Part shown: positions 6,678 through 9,751 of the stretch, piece after piece
How positions within the stretch are numbered: the first letter of the stretch is position 1
Layout of the letters: every line of letters begins with the position of its first letter
Source of the DNA: Candidatus Baldrarchaeum yapensis
GTDB taxonomy: Archaea; Asgardarchaeota; Baldrarchaeia; Baldrarchaeales; Baldrarchaeaceae
Assembly (NCBI GenBank): GCA_016840465.1
Contig: JAEOSH010000069.1
Coordinates: 1 to 9,751, forward strand
Reading direction: 5' to 3'
Length of the DNA: 9,751 nt
Position numbers and translations under genes: made by a program
The notes under the pieces: generated by a model
The model's input: only the letters and a program-made list of their open reading frames with translations
Databases searched by the model: none
What the model was told of the DNA's origin: nothing

Positions 6678-7034
6678 CTGGAGCCGGAATTGATACTTAT
6701 TCTATCAAAACCGCCTTACGGTAGCGAAGATGTTATCAGTATGCTTTTTATAGCATTAGCGGCGGTATCCCGCGGAATAAAGACTACTATTATTTTAATA
6801 GATGATGGTGTTTACACAGCCTTACGGGATCAGAGGCCGGAGGGGTTAAAATATCCCAGCGTCGAAGATCTCATATACCTGATCATAACCGATGCCGAGA
6901 TCTTCGTTCATGAAGATTCTCTGAAGGAAAGGGGTATCAGCGGAGAGGATTTGATAGAGGGAGTCAATGTTTCATCTGATGACGAAATAGTAGAGGTGCT
7001 TCTCACCAAGACTGGTGCTTTCCTTTTGTGCTGA
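6678..7034 (+). CDS. dsrF: DsrF/TusC-like subunit
   Basis: 'ILSKPPYGS', 'ILIDDGVY' and 'VHEDSLKERGI'. The frame opens after TGA 6671; CTG 6678 fits the GGGGTGA RBS (track start TTG 6690). Confidence 0.85.
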   Translation: MEPELILILSKPPYGSEDVISMLFIALAAVSRGIKTTIILIDDGVYTALRDQRPEGLKYPSVEDLIYLIITDAEIFVHEDSLKERGISGEDLIEGVNVSSDDEIVEVLLTKTGAFLLC

Positions 7035-7124
7035 GAAATACACGTAAGTGGATGTGGATAAAGAATACTTATGTTATAAAACGGATCTCGTTCATTTAGT
7101 TTTCCCCGAGACCTCCCTTGTCAT

Positions 7125-7295
7125 CTATAGGTTTCTCTTTATTTTCTGAATCTCTCTTACCTTTTTCAGCACCCATAGATAACGGCTTATCAAGGTTCTT
7201 TTCTTTCTTAGACGATAAGTCATTGACCCCGTGGTTATTCCAGTCTTCTTCGCCTCCCTATAATGCTTAAAAATATCTTCCTCCGGCTTGTCCAC
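7125..7295 (-). CDS. Possible 56-aa Lys/Arg-rich small protein or gene fragment
   Basis: GTG start after GAGGGA: MDKPEEDIFKHYREAKKTGITTGSMTYRLRKKRTLISRYLWVLKKVREIQKIKRNL. Absent from the ORF track (shorter than any listed ORF); no family recognised. Confidence 0.3.
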   Translation of the reverse strand: MDKPEEDIFKHYREAKKTGITTGSMTYRLRKKRTLISRYLWVLKKVREIQKIKRNL

Positions 7296-7483
7296 ACTAT
7301 TCCCTCTTCATGTTTTCGAATTTAAAATGATTAAAAAAATTGTCGAGACAATATGTATCAGGGAACAATTAGTGCGACTGTAAGTAAAAACATCAGACAT
7401 CTCCTCGCGAGCGTATTGTATAGAAATAAAGGTAAGGAAAATCAACTATTCCGAAAAATACTCCCGTTGAAAGAATTGACTAC

Positions 7484-7990
7484 TCAGGAAGAGTTATAGT
7501 AAACGTAGATTTTGACCGTGCCGCTCTTCTCGGCGGTTACCTCCTTAACAGTATATGTAACCTTGATGTAGACATCGTACGTGCCCGCACTGACAACTTT
7601 GGACTCGCGGAATCCGGTATCCGTGTTTATTAGGTTAAAGACATAACTCGCACCATCTTCCCCGGATTTAAATAGTTCGATTGTTACGTTGAACACCTCA
7701 AAGTCTTGGGTTGTATTTAGATCCAACTCGAAAGTTATCTCATAGTCTGCCGCGAGTTGCAACGTCGCAACACTTCCAAAGTCTTTTGTGCCCGAAGAGC
7801 CAGAGGGAATGGCCCCCAGATCTAAGCTTACAACGTCAGGGCTGAAGGTGGGACCCGGTAGAATCCGGTATCCGATTTCAACCTTGCCGATAAGTACTAA
7901 TGCGACTGCTACGCCGACAATCATAAGGATTGTCAACATCGCCACGACACTTTTGGAAGATATTTTGCTGACACCCGCGACCCTATCCAT
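7484..7990 (-). CDS. Exported or membrane-anchored beta-rich surface protein, unknown function
   Basis: N-terminal hydrophobic segment 'VVAMLTILMIVGVAVALVLIG', then S/T/G/V-rich beta-strand patterns and NTT/NVT sequons. GGAGGAG RBS; 13 bp downstream of the PLD gene. Confidence 0.75.
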   Translation of the reverse strand: MDRVAGVSKISSKSVVAMLTILMIVGVAVALVLIGKVEIGYRILPGPTFSPDVVSLDLGAIPSGSSGTKDFGSVATLQLAADYEITFELDLNTTQDFEVFNVTIELFKSGEDGASYVFNLINTDTGFRESKVVSAGTYDVYIKVTYTVKEVTAEKSGTVKIYVYYNSS

Positions 7991-8003
7991 GGCCGCTCCT
8001 CCA

Positions 8004-8618
8004 CTACTCCTCGCTCAGTATCGTTTCGAAGTACTCCTTATATTCTTTTGCAATCTCTTCGCTGACTATTTTTATGGATGTTTCGCGGTTATAGTAGAGA
8101 GCCGCCTCGCTCCAGTTGTGGGATCCCACGTACACTATGTAATCGTCTATTATTACAAGCTTCATGTGGTCAGTTTCAGTATCATTGTCCAGATAAACAG
8201 TAACGTTGTGAGAAGAGAGGTAGTAGTACGCCTCGAGGTTATCGTCCAATGTTTCCCAGTAGGTTCTGTACTCGATGATCACGGTGACATTGACGCCCCG
8301 CTCTTTTGCGTAGACGAGTTCTCTGATAAGGTCATTGGCCCAGTCATAAGGATCGTCAGGGTCGTATATCATTGAGTACATTGCGACCATTATGCTCTTG
8401 TTTGCGCTCCTGAGATCCTCAATCAGAGAATAGTAGTATTCTTTGTCCCGAAGTACGTAAACCTCGTACCCTATTTGGTAATTTACCCCAATCTCCCCTA
8501 TTTTTGTAGAATCACTCGTGGTCCCATTCGAACTTCGGGATCCCGTTCCGTACCACATAAGCATCCCTAAGAATAGGAATATTAAGATGCACGCCACGGC
8601 GTTTCTGAGCATGCGCAT
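8004..8618 (-). CDS. Membrane-anchored single-HKD phospholipase D/Nuc superfamily protein
   Basis: 'HMKLVIIDDYIVYVGSHNWS' = HxK(x4)D(x6)GSxN, plus 'A.ERGVNVTVI' and 'NRETS'; N-terminal TM/signal segment. Alternative ATG at 8612. Confidence 0.92.
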   Translation of the reverse strand: MRMLRNAVACILIFLFLGMLMWYGTGSRSSNGTTSDSTKIGEIGVNYQIGYEVYVLRDKEYYYSLIEDLRSANKSIMVAMYSMIYDPDDPYDWANDLIRELVYAKERGVNVTVIIEYRTYWETLDDNLEAYYYLSSHNVTVYLDNDTETDHMKLVIIDDYIVYVGSHNWSEAALYYNRETSIKIVSEEIAKEYKEYFETILSEE

Positions 8619-8627
8619 CCCCCCGAC

Positions 8628-8639
8628 TTATTATAATAA
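8628..8639. promoter_or_regulatory. Perfect 12-bp AT palindrome TTATTATAATAA upstream of the PLD operon
   Basis: Directly visible 10 nt upstream of ATG 8618; could be a TATA box, an operator, or chance. Confidence 0.3.
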
Positions 8640-8935
8640 TATACGTGTTGCTGTCAAACTTTTATTTTTCGTGAGGATGCGGAATGCATAGTAGCTGGAA
8701 TTTTTGTAATTGAAAGAGTTGAGAATGTCTTAGGCCTGCAGAGAAGCGCTACAGAGCGTAAAGGTAAACAATAACATGAAGGGTGTTCGGAGAAAGTAAA
8801 CTCCATTTATTTTGAGGTTAATCCAAAAAGAGGACGCACCTGCTCTGCCTATTTGATGATTCTAGGCTGAGGTGAGATGTCTCTGAGGATGTTGTATTGT
8901 GAAAAGTGTAGGAGAGTAGAGCCCACCAAAAGGTT

Positions 8936-9732
8936 GTCCTTTGTCAAACCCTACACCTCAATCACCCCCGCCACCTATCAGCACGAAGAGGCCGGCCAGC
9001 GCCTCCAGCCTCAGCATCCGCTTAACGTTGTGCGCCGCCGCCCTGAAAACAACAAACGAGGCCACACTCTCAGGATCCCTGTACCGTACCTCCCGAACAC
9101 GGTCGAACACCGCCGCTCCACGCTCACAGTTCTTCCTCCTGCGATACATCCGGGCCGAGAAACCCCCGGCCGCCCGACGAAGAATGCGACACGAAAACAC
9201 GCGCGACGGCCTAACCTGAAAGTCGATGCCCCTCTGAAACGCCTCCACGCAGTTCCCCCTCACGAAAAACTCGCGATCAGCGTAGAGAATCGAACCACGC
9301 GGAATCACACCCATGGCCTCCGAGATGTCCCGCGACCTCGTCGCCCACGCGAACATGTCCACCCCTATGTCGTAGATGAACTTTATGTCGACAACCGCCC
9401 TCGAAAGTACGACCCTCCCCCGCACAAACCTCTCCTCGAGAAACCCCACCGGAACGGCGGTCCCGTCCGCAACGAACTCCTCCGCATCGCCGCACCCCGA
9501 GAGGCCCCGAATGAGTAGGCCCCCCTGACATCTCAACCAGTTCAGGAACTCCAGAACTCACTGCCGGAGGCGGGGGTTCCTGTAGTGGTAGCGCAGAGTT
9601 TCCGCGATCGGGACCCTGTGCCTCGCGTCACCGGAAACCCTCATGTCGATCCCGGCCTCGATTGCGCGCCCCCTTATACCTTTGAAGCTGATGGGCTGTG
9701 GGGACATTTCCTTCAGGATCAGGAGGGCTACC
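8936..9732 (-). mobile_element. IS5-like insertion sequence, truncated by the contig end
   Basis: Visibly GC-richer than the flanks and carries a DDE transposase. Candidate terminal IR GTCCTTTGTCAAACCC (8936-8951) resembles IS903-group ends, but the partner end is not in the window. Confidence 0.7.
8958..9732 (-). pseudogene. DDE transposase (IS5-like) with one in-frame TGA at 9558-9560
   Basis: Track ORFs 9558-9749 and 8958-9536 are the same frame, joined by TGA-VLEFLNWL. Catalytic triad: 'FVADGT' (D), 'ILYADREF' (D), 'YRRRKNCERG' (E); ends with 'AAAHNV'. Confidence 0.8.
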
Positions 9733-9751
9733 CTGTCTCTTATACACATCT
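9733..9751. other. Tn5/Nextera mosaic-end adapter (library artefact)
   Basis: Exact CTGTCTCTTATACACATCT forms the last 19 nt of the window. Confidence 0.98.

Noticed and set aside
5953-7034. dsrEFH-like genes as proof of dissimilatory sulfur metabolism or tRNA thiolation
   Set aside because: No dsrAB, dsrC, tusA, tusE or mnmA in the window; the fold is used in several pathways.
7788-8375. 195-aa plus-strand ORF
   Set aside because: Antisense shadow across the surface-protein and PLD genes.
8877-9518. 213-aa Arg/Pro-rich plus-strand ORF (also 8941-9219 and 9277-9561)
   Set aside because: Shadow or alternate frames of the GC-rich transposase.
9558-9560. In-frame TGA as selenocysteine or programmed readthrough
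   Set aside because: Not a redox-Cys position, no recognisable SECIS, and a nonsense mutation is the simpler explanation.

Overview
Archaeal-looking window (TATA/BRE promoters, GGGGTG/GGTGGT-type ribosome-binding sites), probably a contig end from a Nextera library, since the last 19 nt are the Tn5 mosaic-end adapter. Left (minus strand): partial ABC/SMC-type P-loop ATPase, a HEPN protein, and a protein made of two tandem, apparently catalytically degenerate minimal nucleotidyltransferase (MNT) domains sharing a perfect 42-bp internal repeat. Middle: a ferredoxin with a C-terminal Zn ribbon (likely ATA start, truncated in the ORF track), an AlkK/DmdB-like acyl-CoA ligase, a decayed DDE transposase remnant, and an ArsR regulator divergent from a four-gene operon (TBP-like/Fe-S protein, DsrH-, DsrE-, DsrF-like). 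A near-identical operator-like motif with four ATAT units at 8-bp spacing lies upstream of both the ferredoxin and this operon, suggesting one ArsR-controlled Fe-S/sulfur-relay regulon. Right: a membrane-anchored single-HKD phospholipase D-family gene with a beta-rich surface protein, then a GC-rich IS5-like transposase with one in-frame stop. Family names come from motif recognition and memory, not database searches.
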